Numbered from the whole stretch's first letter, positions 38,223 through 51,790 are shown. The stretch: 63,971 nucleotides of DNA, filler included, from Octopus bimaculoides (GCF_001194135.2; 6 parts of 6 records of this genome joined end to end with filler, not necessarily neighbours in it); one strand, 5' to 3'. The notes: generated by a model from the letters alone, not told the origin. Numbers and translations are program-made.

Positions 38223-41222
38223 TTCTTTTTTGCTTCTCTGTTTTTGTTTGTNNNNNNNNNNTTTGCTTCTCTGTTTTTGTTTGTGATCAGTTTTCACTCT
38301 CTTTGCCTCGAAGGGAAGAAAATCTCGCCAGCGTGCCTCCAAAGCACAGCCTCAACATACTTTGGCGCCATTCGTAACATTATTCAGCCAAAATTACCCT
38401 AAATGTGTGGACAGAACTCGTTGTGGTCTTTGAGAAATGCCATTTTTGTGTTGCTTCTCACTATCTTTCTGTTTTTGTAAGCTGAGCTTGAGAAATCGCT
38501 TTGTTATTTCGAAGCTGCTTTGTTGGTAGGAATTTGTTAGTTCTGTTGCACTTTTACTCATTTTTTTTGTTGTTAATTCGTTATCTTTGTTGCCTGTGTT
38601 GTCTCTGTGATGTGGCATATATCAAGGAAACGGTTACAAGAACCGTATTCTAGGAGGCAAATATAAAAATGTGAAAGTGAAGCAAATTGAAAAAGAAACA
38701 GGAAGAAGTCTAGAAGTGACGTCAGTAAAACAGGAAAGAAATGGAAAGAAAACTGAAAGTATAAGACTTAATAGCTTTATTTAAATTGAAATATATATAT
38801 ATATTAAAATTTTAATTAATTTTCATTTATAGAACAAATCATGGATCTAGTCTTTTTCATTCGCAAAATCAGCCCCCTTTAAATTTGCTCAGATTGCTTT
38901 CAATTTTGGTGTATCGATGCAATTCTGAATTTTGATTACGATCAACCAATTACTTTATCTCATAAATTAAAGAATCGGATGTTATTTGGAATTAAAGTTG
39001 GGAAATTTGGGTAATTTTAGCCAATCAACAGACAGCGAGGTATTAACAGCTTCTTACCTTGACAACCGCACATTGTGTTGTTCCACCCGCACACCACGAG
39101 ATTTAATTCACCCGCGTATTTTGTTTTAATAAAAATTTATATTTATCAGTTAGAATTTTATTATAGACATTTTTCAACAATTGTCTTCGTATTTTACATA
39201 TTTTTCACATAAAGCAAAAGTTNNNNNNNNNNNNNNNNNNNNNNNNNNNNNNNNNNNNNNNNNNNNNNNNNNNNNNNNNNNNNNNNNNNNNNNNNNNNNN
39301 NNNNNNNNNNNNNNNNNNNNNNNNNNNNNNNNNNNNNNNNNNNNNNNNNNNNNNNNNNNNNNNNNNNNNNNNNNNNNNNNNNNNNNNNNNNNNNNNNNNN
39401 NNNNNNNNNNNNNNNNNNNNNNNNNNNNNNNNNNNNNNNNNNNNNNNNNNNNNNNNNNNNNNNNNNNNNNNNNNNNNNNNNNNNNNNNNNNNNNNNNNNN
39501 NNNNNNNNNNNNNNNNNNNNNNNNNNNNNNNNNNNNNNNNNNNNNNNNNNNNNNNNNNNNNNNTAATATTACAAATTTTTAAAAATAATAAAAACATACA
39601 ATCAATGAAGAGACAAAAGAAACAGTAAGATGATGCATGTTGATTTTATTGGGTATTTCTGTTTATTTAGAAACCTACAATGAAGTGGTCATTTCACAGA
39701 CGCTAAACTATAAATTTCACACGATACAACCTTAAAGTTGACACCGCTCCGCTAAACGCAGAAAATTTCTGTCTTGCTATTGGCTATAAATACATTTTTT
39801 TTCGATTTTTAAACCTCTGTAACTTTTTCCTCCAATTTCATTTTTCTCCACAACAGCAATTAGACTTTAAAACTTTATTATTATAGCCGTTATTCAAATA
39901 TTTTACTGTCTTTTAAAATATGCATATTTTGCGAATGAAAAAAAAACTAGATCCCAAATCATATTTGCAAATGTGTATTTATGATTGTTGAAATTCATGC
40001 AAAGAAGATGTGAATGTATTCTTACTTAACTTTAATTCTAAGATTATCCCAGTGAGCCGGTAATCTCCTACATATATTAGGATTTAATAACTGTCGCTCA
40101 GTTTAGCTTGTTTCTTTAGAAAAACGAACCAGTCCGTATATTGCAAGTAAATAAATGTTCTTCCACGATAACAAAGTTATTTCTCTCTCTCAATGGTACG
40201 ATTGTTACGACGATCATATGTAACCGCGTTTACTAGCATGTGTTATGCTACCTTATGATAATTTTTTATCTGGTGTTTGATACAGGGAATACTATTTTGA
40301 AGCAGCGTACTTCGGCTGATATACCTGCAACACTTAATACATTACTTGCAAACACAATGAATACGGATATCGGTATACATAGCATCATATTCAGTAAGTT
40401 AATGAAATAAGGTTTTCCATGTTTTCCTTTTCTTTCCTTTCTATTTTGCTCTCGTCACTTCTACATTCTTTCAGATTTACGGTCACTCTTTCGTATCCTA
40501 AACTAAGATTTAACCAAGGATACAATTACCTAGTTAAACCTGTTTAGCCCCAGACAACACGTAACAAAACCACTCAAAGTCACCAAAAAACCTTGACTGT
40601 AAACTCACTGAGAATGTCTCCAGATGATCTCACATATTCAACGTAACAAAAACTGCATCCCCACTAAACTGGACCTCATTGACGGAATATTCTTCAGCTT
40701 CCATCATTTCTTGAACTTTTACACAGCTCAAGTGAGACCAACAATGCTAATTTGCTTCCGTAATTGGGACCGTGCTATTTCTGCACATATAAATATCCTA
40801 GGTCCAGGACCTCTAGATTCATTGATTCCACCCCATCCCACGGGCAAACTGGATTTCACTGCCCTTACGAGTATAATGTTTTTTTAAAATATATTTTTTC
40901 ACCGGGAATAAAACCTCTAAATACAGAAATAGAGTATTTATTACAATTCAAGTATTTATCAATTAAAGTATTAATTTATTACAATTGAAATATTTATTAC
41001 AGTTTATCAATTATAGGAATAGCGTATTTATTTTATATGTTATTTCTATTTCTCCTGAGTTGCTGATACTTTTAAGCCTGCCCTATTTCGACTGCATCTA
41101 AAAGAGAGTTCACTCACCTGATTGTTGTGGAGTTGCTCTCCAAGACACAATGATTAAGTTTATTTCGGCATCAGATTGGAACAAACGAGGAAATGTACTC
41201 AATATTTGTATACGCACTACTG

Positions 41223-41294
<72 letters not shown>

Positions 41295-41419
41295 TGTGCG
41301 CGTGTGTGCGTGTGTGCGCGTGTGCGTGCATATGCGTATGCGTGTGTGTGTGTGGCTACAGTGGCTAGAGTGTTGGGCTCACGATCACATGATCGTAGGT
41401 TCAATACCTGAACTGGGTG

Positions 41420-41700
41420 GGACACTCTCTCCGCCAGCACGGCGTTGGTATCTTTCTCAACTGTACCCAGCACATAGTAATCCGCTGGATTACAATTGGG
41501 GAAATTACGAGGCCAGAAATGGAATTAGGAATCGTAGAAATTCTCCGACAACTGCTTCTGGTGCTTTCAGGGGACACAGTAAAGAGCTGAATCCAACTAC
41601 CACACATATGGCCTTCCACCAGCGACCCTTTTCAGCCTGGCTTTGACTACAGAAAAGAACCATATCAAAAAATATATTTCAACATCCAAACGTCTACCTA
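41420..41700 (-). mobile_element. Second DD37D (maT) transposase fragment, decayed
   Basis: RVAGGRPYVW*LDSA...LSENFYD...FWPRNFPNCNPADYYVLGTVEKDTN parallels the copy at 35636. Confidence 0.75.
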
Positions 41701-41764
41701 AATTGAAGTGAGAATTTTAGTCCTTGGTCACATGAAAGAAAGAATATTTTATCGCACCTATAAG

Positions 41765-42288
41765 TTCTTTCTTTTATTCTTTTACTTGTTTCAGTCATTT
41801 GACTGCGGCCATGCTGGAGTACCGCCTTTCAGTCGAGTATTCGAGCCCAGGACTTATTCTTTGTAAGCCTAGTACGTATTCTATCGGTCTCTATTGCCGA
41901 ACCGCTCATTTACGGGGACGTAAACACACCAGCATCGGTTTTCAAGCGATGGTGGGGGTGGACAAATACAGACACACAAACATGCACACACATACATACA
42001 TACATACATACATACATGCATATNNNNNNNNNNNNNNNNNNNNNNNNNNNNNNNNNNNNNNNNNNNNNNNNNNNNNNNNNNNNNNNNNTATACATATATA
42101 CATATATATATATATACATATATACGACAAGCTTCTTTCAGTTTCCGTCTGCTGAATCCACTCACAAGGCTTTGGTCGGCCCGAGGCTATAGTAGAAGAC
42201 ACTTGCCCAAGGTGCCACGCAGTGGGACTGAACTCGGAATCGTGTGGTTGGTTAAGCAAGCTACTTACCACACAACCACTTCTGCGCC
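41765..42288 (-). mobile_element. Family B SINE, full length
   Basis: Reverse complement of the 20007 copy, including head gcaagctacttaccacac. Confidence 0.85.
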
Positions 42289-43128
42289 TATAATCACTAA
42301 TTCTCCACTGTCGACTCTTTTATCACCAAATCCTGAAAACCTAGTAAAGAGTTTAATCAAATGAACACACACAGACATATGCACCCTAGCATGGGCTTAA
42401 GAGTTTGGATACCTGCCCAGCATCCACATCCTGCGAAAACTTTACGCATAATACTCCAACACACATTCCAATCCTGCACGAATACCAACCCCTAACTCCC
42501 GTACTCATTCTCAGAAAACTCTTGTAGTTTTACGGCATGTTAGAGATTCGGTGGGAGATGGGAGGCAAGGAACATAACTTTTGATATAACCCTTGTTCAG
42601 TTCGTTTTGTCTTTTTTCATAGCACGAAATGTTTTTTCACCTGCAATAACGAAGAGTAGCCACCGTTTTATCTTGTTTTGTATATCTGTTATCTCTCACG
42701 AGCCCTTAATCGTGCAGTTATCTAACATCCGTTTTAATACCCAGTGCGAAACCGATCGGCAAGATCAGCCGTTACGGTATATAATACTGTATACTTTGAT
42801 TAATATATCCAATCCATTGACGAATATGCGAGTGCATATTTTTTCTGATTTATGGACTTTTAAATGACTTACACGCTTCCACATACTGCAGAGAGTTGTC
42901 TGCGCTTTAGGCAAAATGGGAATATATTCTCAATACGCCTGATGTAAAAACACCTGAAAGTAACTCATAGGCATGCGAGACAACTCACATCATGTCCCTT
43001 CTCAGGAGACCCACAAACTAACAACACACACACACACACCTGTGAATGTGTGTTCGATTTTGTACATATACCTCGAGCTGCCTCTAATTCATATTTGAAT
43101 TTTTTCCGTTGCATGAAACGTTGAGACA

Positions 43129-43170
43129 GGATCTAGTTCAAAACTGGTGCCCCCGTTTTGAACTAGATCC
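43129..43170. mobile_element. 42-bp hairpin insertion: 16-bp perfect TIR with 8-bp TSD
   Basis: ttgagaca|GGATCTAGTTCAAAAC tggtgccccc GTTTTGAACTAGATCC|ttgagaca. Confidence 0.7.
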
Positions 43171-43423
43171 TTGAGACATGCCAGCAGATGGTTTTTAAAC
43201 CATTTAGTATATAGTGATAGTCAGCGATATGGCTTGCAACATACCTCGTTCCGGTCGCTCCGAGAAGGGACCTGATGTGACTTGTTTCGTTTGCCTATGA
43301 CTTATTTTCAGGTGTTTTTAACACGAGGCACATTGGGAATATATTCCCTTATGCTTAAACGTAGCCGACCCACGAACTAACAACACACCTGCCCTGTATA
43401 TGTGCGTTTGATTCTGTTTATAT

Positions 43424-43523
43424 NNNNNNNNNNNNNNNNNNNNNNNNNNNNNNNNNNNNNNNNNNNNTTAATTAATTAANNNNNNNNNNNNNNNNNNNNN
43501 NNNNNNNNNNNNNNNNNNNNNNN
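43424..43523. other. Assembly join spacer
   Basis: 44 N + TTAATTAATTAA + 44 N. Confidence 0.95.
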
Positions 43524-43599
<76 letters not shown>

Positions 43600-44038
43600 T
43601 TACCTGCTGTTAAGTAAGCTGAAGCTAATACCTCTGAAAACTAATGAGAATACTAAACATTATGAACGAATATTTGTTCTTTCAAGTCCGCTCTGATCGA
43701 GGAGACATATGAGCGGAAGCTTTCCAAACGTGACCCTACCAGCTTTTGTTTTCCGTATCTCTATGCACCATCGATTTAAAACATTATCCCATCACGCCAT
43801 ACGAATTTCTCTTCTAACACATTGCGTGGTTCAGTGTTTAAATGAGATTTTAGCTGCTATTTCTAACGGATCGAGTGAGCCCAGAAGAAAGTATCTGATT
43901 GGTTCATTACTCTATTCAGTGTTGTTTATTCCAGTCTTTTTTATCATTACAACTCTTATTACTTCATCTCACATCATAAACGCCTTTTTACTTAAACAAC
44001 ATTTCGTGACATTCACTTCGCATTATTCTCTTCTACGA

Positions 44039-44139
<101 letters not shown>

Positions 44140-44990
44140 CTCTCTCTCCCTCTCCTCTCACTTACACTCTGTCTTATTCTCCCACTTTCTTTCCTTCGTC
44201 GTTCTTGAACTTCGTAAGTTCCTGTTTATTCTGCTTAGACTTAAGTAGCCCTAAATGTATATGTATGCTTGTGAATTAGCTGTGTGTATGCGTTTTTCTA
44301 TATGCATACAGTGCATGTTTATATATATATGTATGAGTGTGTGTGTGTGTGAGAGAGAGAGAGAGAAATTTTCTCTCTAACCACATGACCCCGGGTTCAG
44401 TTCCAATGTGTGGCACCTTGAGCAGAAAATCCGCAGAAAAAATTGCTGCCCGACCCATAAAAGCATGGAAATGTGGACTTTTGAACGATGATGATGATGA
44501 AAAAAAAAAACCTGCTAACGAAAAAGCGATGATGATAGGATGTTCATACTGGAAATTCATATAGGAAACATATTTGCATTTCCTATGTTTTAAAAATTCA
44601 TGGGTAGGTGTAAACTTGATTTGGGACATCTGTGAAGTTTGGTGATCTTTTACCCTCACGTCACACATATCCACAGCAACTGACGAGGCAAATAATCACC
44701 GAAACATCCTGATATCCAGCAAGGTAGCTTGTGGCAAATGTTTTATATGTTCATATGGACTGTATTCAAGATACATTCTTCTCGTTAGTTTGATTCACAT
44801 AGAGTAAAATTATAGCACCGACTACCTGTTGAATCGTTGTGCCTTTCACTGATTCAATAACTAAATATGCATACCGTTTAGCAGAAGTAAAATTCAACTA
44901 CCTACCTATGCTCATGTGAATCTCTAATATAATGTGTGTGTCTATGTGCACGCATGTATGTATGTGTGCATGCATGCGTGTGTGTGTGTA

Positions 44991-46479
44991 CGAAGAGGTA
45001 TCAAAATGTTCCCGGATTAGTTCTGTAGCGTGCCACCAAATGGCAGCACACGGTTGCGTGCGCAGTGAGAGCTAGCAGTGACCTTCATTAGGCAGTGTTA
45101 TTTCTTTACTACCCACAAGGGGCTACACATAGGGGGGGGGGGACAAACAAGGACAGACAAACGGATTAAGTCGATTGTATCAAACCCAGTGCGTAACTGG
45201 TACTTATTTAATCGACCCCGAAAGGATGAAAGGCAAAGTCGACCTCGGCGGAATTTGAACTCAGAACGTCCGGCGTGCTAACGTTTCTGCCAGCTCGCCG
45301 TCATTAGGCAGTGTGCCTAGGGAACATCACTGTGTTCACTTAGCAAGCTGTGAAACTTGTGTTTTTGTGATCACATGTATGCTGTAGTTTGCGATTTTGC
45401 CGTGGACGGGGAGTTGGAACAAAGAGCCAACGTGAAATTTTGCGTTAAACTTGGGAAGTCTGCTACAGAGACATTGAACATGCTTCGGCAAGCTTACAGC
45501 AATGAGGCAACGAGTTGTACGCAATGTTTCGATTGGTACGGGCGCTTCAAAACGGAAGAACGTCCCTGAGCGATCTGGAAGACGTGCCACGAACGTCAAC
45601 CCTGGAAATGTGGAGAAAATTCACCAACTTTTGCATGAAGATCGTCGGAGGACAATCAACGACATTGCTGATGTTGTTGGTCGGTCTTATGGATCCGTGC
45701 GGGCAACCCTAACGTCTGAATTGAACACGCAGCGTGTCTCTGCCAAGTTTTCCCCCAAAACTCTGACAAGTTTGCCCCCCACTGAGCAGAAATAACACTG
45801 TGTCGAAGTCTGTCAAGGCCTCCATCAGCGTGTTGCTGATGACTCAACCTTCATGTCGTGGATCATCACCGGTGATGAGAGTTCGGTCTACGAGTACGAC
45901 CCCGAGGCGAAGCAGAAGTCGTCACAATGGAAGAGGCCTTCATCTCCACGACCAAAGAAGGCACGACAGAGCCGCAGCTCAATCAAGAGAATTCGTTCCC
46001 CAGGGCCAGACCATCAATCGAGGTTTCTATTGCGACGTTTTGAAGCGTCTCAGGGAGGACATTTGGCGAAATTAACCGGATCTGTAGAGGTTGAAGAATT
46101 GGATTCTTCACGACTACAGCGCACCCTATCACCGAGCTATCCTCACTCGTGAGTTTCTTGCCAAAAACAACATGCTATCGCTTCCGAACCTGCCCTATTC
46201 GCCAGATTTAACACCTGCAGACTACCATCTCTTCCCTAAGATGAAAATGCAGCTCAAAGGTCGCCGTTTTAACACCGTTGTTGAAATCCAGAGCGAATCG
46301 AAGGTCTTCGAATCGCTTACAGAAAACAACTTCCAGACCGGACTTCAAAAGCAACAGAAACGCTGGGATCGGTGTGCAAGGTAACTATTTCGGAGAAGAT
46401 GATGTTAAAACTTAAGTAAATAGGTTATTTTTTTTTTCATTAAACATAGCTAGACCGGAAGCTTTTTGATACCGCCTAG
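44991..46479 (+). mobile_element. Mariner (DD34D) element, inactive
   Basis: TA flanks; 32-bp TIRs matching at 23 of 32 positions; ELEQRANVKFCVKLGKSATET, WIITGDES, LHDYSAPYH...YSPDLTPADY; stop at 45567-45569, frameshifts and an internal deletion. Confidence 0.92.
45098..45300 (-). mobile_element. Family A SINE nested in the mariner 5' UTR
   Basis: Perfect 13-bp TSD tcattaggcagtg at 45085-45097 and 45301-45313. Confidence 0.92.
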
Positions 46480-46524
46480 TATATATACGTTGATTTTCGT
46501 TTATTTTTCATGTATCTTGACTAT

Positions 46525-46585
46525 GCGTATACTGAAGAGTAAAGAGTGCATTTTCTGCACTGATTACGAAATCATGATAAACCGC
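46525..46585 (+). ncRNA. Hammerhead ribozyme relic (intact core, damaged stem I)
   Basis: CUGAAGA-GUAA..AGUGCA(uuuuc)UGCACU..UUAC-GAA-AUCAUGAU-A; stem I pairs only at gcg/cgc. Confidence 0.6.
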
Positions 46586-47440
46586 TAAGTCTGATTTTAG
46601 GGGGCTCGCTTCGAGAATTGCATTCCCTCGTGTTCGGTAAAATGTGTTTATTATGGTAGTTTGTCTCTTGGAGTCCCTCCTAGCGTGAGGCATTTTATGT
46701 ATAGTAACGCCCTTAATATATATANNNNNNNNNNNNNNNNNNNNNNNNNNNNNNNNNNNNNNNNNNNNNNNNNNNNNNNNNNNNNNNNNNNNNNNNNNNN
46801 NNNNNNNNNNNNNNNNNNNNNNNNNNNNNNNNNNNNNNNNNNNNNNNNNNNNNNNNNNNNNNNNNNNNNNNNNNNNNNNNNNNNNNNNNNNNNNNNNNNA
46901 TATATATATATATATATATACGTATGTATGTAGAGAGAGAGAGATGTCTATGTGTAAGCGATTGTGTGTATTTCTGTGTCTTTATATGACACATACGCGC
47001 ATATCCATATGTGTATGTGTTTATTTCTCTATATAAGTATGATGTATGCGCGTGTATATAGGAGAGAGAGAGAGATAGAAAGTGAGAGGAAGACACTAAC
47101 TGACTATATTGAGGACGTTTATGACGGTGGTGATGATAATGATGATGACGGTGCTGATGGTAGTGTTTGATAGTCACGGTCCTTTTTTAACTGATCTTCT
47201 CAATATCACAACTACCTCCCTTCTATTTCTATTGTTCTTCATGTGAAAAAAAAGACAACAGATAGAATATGGGACTGTCTGCCACAGTATTAACCTAGAT
47301 AACGTGTAACACTTTACCAATAAACATAAGATCACCCAACGTATTATCTCTCGGGATTCTGGTTTCATCTTAATCTTTTCTTCTTTTATTTTTGTTTGGT
47401 TTTTGTCTGTTTGTTGTTGTTTTTTTTGTACCTCTTATTA

Positions 47441-47832
47441 TGTGGAGGCGCAATGGCTCAGTGGTTAGAGCAGGGGACACGCGGTCATAGGATCGCGGTT
47501 TCAATTTCCAGACCGGGCGTTGTGAGTGTTTATTGAGCGAAAACACCTAAAGCTCCACGAGGCTCCAGCTGGAGATGGTGGCGAACCCTGCTGTACTCTT
47601 CCACCACAACTTTCTCTCACTCTTACTTCCTGTTTCTGGTGTGCCTGTAATTCAAACGGTCAGCCTTGTCACACTGTGTCGCGCTGAATATCTCCGAGAA
47701 CTACGTTAAGGGTACACGTGTCTGTGGAGTGCTCAGCCACTTGCACGTTAATTTCACGAGCAGGCTGTTCCGTTGATCGGATCAACTGGAACCCTCGACG
47801 TCGTAAGCGACGGAGTGCCAACAACAACAACA
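47441..47832 (+). mobile_element. tRNA-derived SINE, family D, full length
   Basis: A box caatggctcagtggttag; (AAC)n tail; 11-bp TSD acctcttatta (47430-47440, 47833-47843). Confidence 0.92.
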
Positions 47833-48269
47833 ACCTCTTATTAACATTTATTTCGCTCATGAAGTATGATTGTCGTCCTTTAACTCCAAAATCAGTCCTG
47901 TCCAGAAGAAGGCAGATCAAAAGCATTCCAACCGTGACCACCTATGATTTTTTTTTTTTTTTTCAAGTATAAGGTTGTGTCTAAACCCATATTATCAAAT
48001 TTAATAAGAGTGTAAAAATATATGAGCGAGATTAGACTGATATTTCTAGCAGGATGAATGACCTCAAAAGAGCTTTCCTCGTTGGTTCGTGTGACTTTCG
48101 TACAATTAATATCATGGATTAATTACCAGTATTACCACCATCATTCTCATCCTTATCATCAAGATCGGCACCATCCTCACCAACATCATTATCACCATGA
48201 TTCCTATCATCATCGTCATCATTGTCGTCATCACCATCCTCTTCCTTCTCCTCCTCTTTTTCTTCATCA

Positions 48270-48481
48270 TTGGTTTCAAATTTTAGCACAAAGCCAGCAG
48301 TTTGGGATAAGGGGCTTAGTCGATTAAATCGACCCCCGTTCTCAACACTGCTACTCAATGTATAGACCCCGAAAGGATGAAAGGCGAAGTCGACCTCGGC
48401 GGAATTTGAACTCAGAACGTAAAGACGGGCGAAATGCCGCTAAGCATTTTGCCCAACACGCTAATGATTCTGCCAGCTCGC
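48270..48481 (-). mobile_element. Family A SINE
   Basis: gaccccgaaaggatgaaaggcgaagtcgacctcggcggaatttgaactcagaacg...ttctgccagctcg. Confidence 0.85.
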
Positions 48482-48609
48482 TGCCTTCTTTCTCATCCTT
48501 ATCAAACCAATATGAGAGTGTACATGCTAGAAATAGCAACTAGATGTCCCTCAAATCGTAGCCTGCCGCTTGAAAGAAAAAAAATAAGGAAGAATGTACT
48601 GGATCGTGT

Positions 48610-49009
48610 GTGGAGGTGCAATGGCCCAGTGGTTAGGGCATCGGACTCGCGGTCGTAGGATCGCGGTTTCGATTCCCAGACCGGGAGACCGGGCGTTGTG
48701 AGTGTTTATTGAGCAAAAACACCTAAAGCTCCACGAGGCTCCGGCAGGGGATGGTGGTGAACGCTGCTGTACTCTTTCACCAAAACTTTCTCTCTCTCTC
48801 TCTTTCTTCCTGTTTCTGTTGTGCCTGTGTTTCAAAGGGCCAGCCTTGTCACACTCTGTGTCACGCTGAATCTCCCAGAGAACTACGTTAAGGGTACACG
48901 TGTCTGTGGAGTGCTCAGCCACTTGCATGTTAATTTCACGAGCAGGCTGTTCCGTTGATTGGATCAACTGGAACCCTCGACGTCGTAACCGACGGAGTGC
49001 TAACCAACC
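48610..49009 (+). mobile_element. Family D SINE, full length
   Basis: 12-bp TSD actggatcgtgt (48598-48609, 49010-49021); collinear with the 47441 copy. Confidence 0.92.
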
Positions 49010-51295
49010 ACTGGATCGTGTAATCATTAATAAGATGGGATGGCCACAGATGGTTTTTGATAATACATTTGCTTCTCGTCTTCATTAACATCACCATAGT
49101 CGTAGTCATCTTAAGATATTTTTTTAACAAACAAAAGAAACGTTTTTCAACACTACCACTACTGCGATGTTCGTTCACACGTTCGTTACGTCTTCTTTAA
49201 CCCCGTTAAATCAATCCTCCAACCACGACCACTACCACTGATAACAGCAACACAAACAGTACTAATTTGTGGCGATGGGAAGAATATAGCAAGACGATAA
49301 GTGTCGACCTGTGAGTAGGTGACAGGAATACAGATTTCTTCGGCGTGACTTTACAACAGATAAGTCTATACGGGTGGGAGTTCAGACATCGTCTGGGTAA
49401 GCAATGTACACAGGGTTTAAACAGATTAACAACTCTAATTTTTAATTAACAAATGTAAATTAAATGTTTCCCAATCAATTATAATAATGATAATTTAGTG
49501 CATGAAATACGATGCATAGTTTGGTAAATGCCAAAAATTTAAATAGTAAATAATTTACATACAGGCTTAGTTGAACAGGACGATATGACCTGGACTATAC
49601 GGTGCTAAAATATAGCTCACTATGAACAGAAGTACGTTTATAATTCGGGTGTGGAAAAATTCCAACTTATATCTAATGATGTAAAATCAGTGGCTTTACC
49701 AAGTCTAAGAAACAATGTCGGTTGAAAGGAGTTAATAAAGGAGACATGACTCATGTCACAGGCAGGTGACTACTCCTACAGGAGACGTCACAATTGTGCT
49801 ATTTCCCACTTGCCAGGTATTGCAATGTTATATAGAAACGCTGCATAATTAATCAGTCATGTGAAAGAGGGATAGCTGAAATCGAGCTGCTTGAAATGTC
49901 GCCTGGTCTTACACTTTGTCTTACACTTTGTCTGTCTTGTGTATCATATGTAATACTTATGATATATTTCCTTGGCGTCCATGCATCATATATGATACTC
50001 TGGTGGTTGAAGAACAATTGGAAACGAGTAAGTTGGGACTTATGAAAAGAATGCTTCACACTACTCAGAGTATATAAACAAGGGTTAATTAAATGTCTGA
50101 AAACAAGCATGGAACGTTTAGGGGAAACTTGGACAGACAAGGGTTTTTAAAAGTGGTTAACACATTGGATTATGTAGTCACTTGGTCGTAAAATACGCGT
50201 TGTTCATGACTGGACCGTCTATGATAGTTTTTTTTTTCAGTCAAGACTAAGCTGGGAACTATGACACAAATATACAAAGCTACTATTGATGTAGGACACA
50301 GGCTCATAAAACCGAATAACCATCAAATCAGATTCTGCCGTCTGACATAAAGGAAAATCGCACTGGGGAATGCAGTTCTGGATGCATTGTGTTTAGAAAT
50401 AAAAGACAGGATGGTCACTGCTGGAATGACGGTAACCATAGATTTACAAGTCCAAAATGGTCGGTGTGAAGCTAGACGACAACAGCATCAACTGTTACTA
50501 CTATTACTGCTGCTGCTGCTGCTGGCATTGTAATCCAAAGATCCGACCTACTAGAAATAGCATCCGAGTCTCCTCAAATTACTTCCTATAGCTTTAAAAG
50601 AACAAAGAAACATTAGACAATGCAGTTCTAGATAACAAATTAAGAGAGATATTTTAGGGCAGGAATACTATTGATAATAGCTCATATTCAATGAGGACCG
50701 ATCAACAACAATAATAATCTCGAAAGGATGTATGAGAAAGCCGATGGAAAATGAAATTAGGGCGGAAAGAGGGTAAACTAAGTACTGCAAGTTAATTGGT
50801 CCCCCATTCTTTTATTCTACTAACCGTCCCGCTGCCTTCATTAATGTAAAGGAAGCAGTAATAATGTAAAGTATGTTGTAATCATCTCTTCCCACGTCAA
50901 ACCTTTTAATTTGATTAATTGTGATGCACTGAATGTCATAAACTAAATTGAGACTAGAGCCTCAGTTTGACCATATCTCTGTACGTGTATGTGCAGGCCT
51001 AGGCAAGACATTTTTTTAGAAAGATTTGCAGTAGTCCAAGCATGCGAGACTCTTCTCTTCCCATCACGACTTTTACCCAAGGAATATTAAGATGGTGCAG
51101 CAAGAATTCAGGGCTTCACCATAGAATATCAAAATCGTGAAATACTGGATTTTTTAAAACAGATAATACTTATAATTTGACATTTTTTTTTAGAATGTTA
51201 CTTCCTTCCTCTAATTTAAAATAATGTTTTCTTTTAAATGCATTTTTTTTTTTTGTAGCTTGTTCTGTTTTTAAAAGTAACTCGGATTTGTTTTT

Positions 51296-51599
51296 ATCGG
51301 CCATGGCTGTATGGTTAAGAAGTTCGCTTTGCAACTACGTGGTTTGGGTTCCAATCTCATTGTGCAGCACTCTTATGGTAGTGTCTTCGGGCCGACAAGG
51401 CCTTGTAAATTTTGTTGACGGAAACTATGTGGAAGTTCATTGTATATATCCCTCTTTTACCCTCTTTTACTTGTTTCAGTCATTTGACTGCGGCCATGCT
51501 GGAGCACCACCTTTAGTCGTGCAAATCGATCCCAGGACCATGTGGTTGGTAAGCAAGCTACTTACCACACAGTCACTCACGCGCCTATATATATATATA

Positions 51600-51644
<45 letters not shown>

Positions 51645-51790
51645 GCCCCACTGCCGCTGGACAACTGGTGTTCGTTAGTTTATATCTCCGTAATAAGCGG
51701 TTCGACAAAAAAGCTAATAAAATACCGGGGTCAATTTTTCGACTAAAATCCCTCGAGGTGGTTCCCCAGCACGGTTGCAGTACAATAAGT
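51296..51790 (+). mobile_element. Old family B SINE carrying an internally deleted, antisense family B SINE (about 51455-51585)
   Basis: Head at 51296 and 3' half after 51640; the insert joins a SINE 3' end directly to a SINE head (ccaggac|catgtggttgg). Confidence 0.65.

Noticed and set aside
39010-39800. Weak inverted similarity (agccaat...agacag) across a gap
   Set aside because: Short, low identity, and termini cannot be defined.
47441-47515. tRNA-like sequences (also at 20007, 34272, 41352, 48610, 57860)
   Set aside because: They are SINE heads that continue into SINE bodies with tails and TSDs, not tRNA genes.
48058-48327. His-rich 89-aa ORF
   Set aside because: Degenerate (CAT)n repeat running into a SINE.
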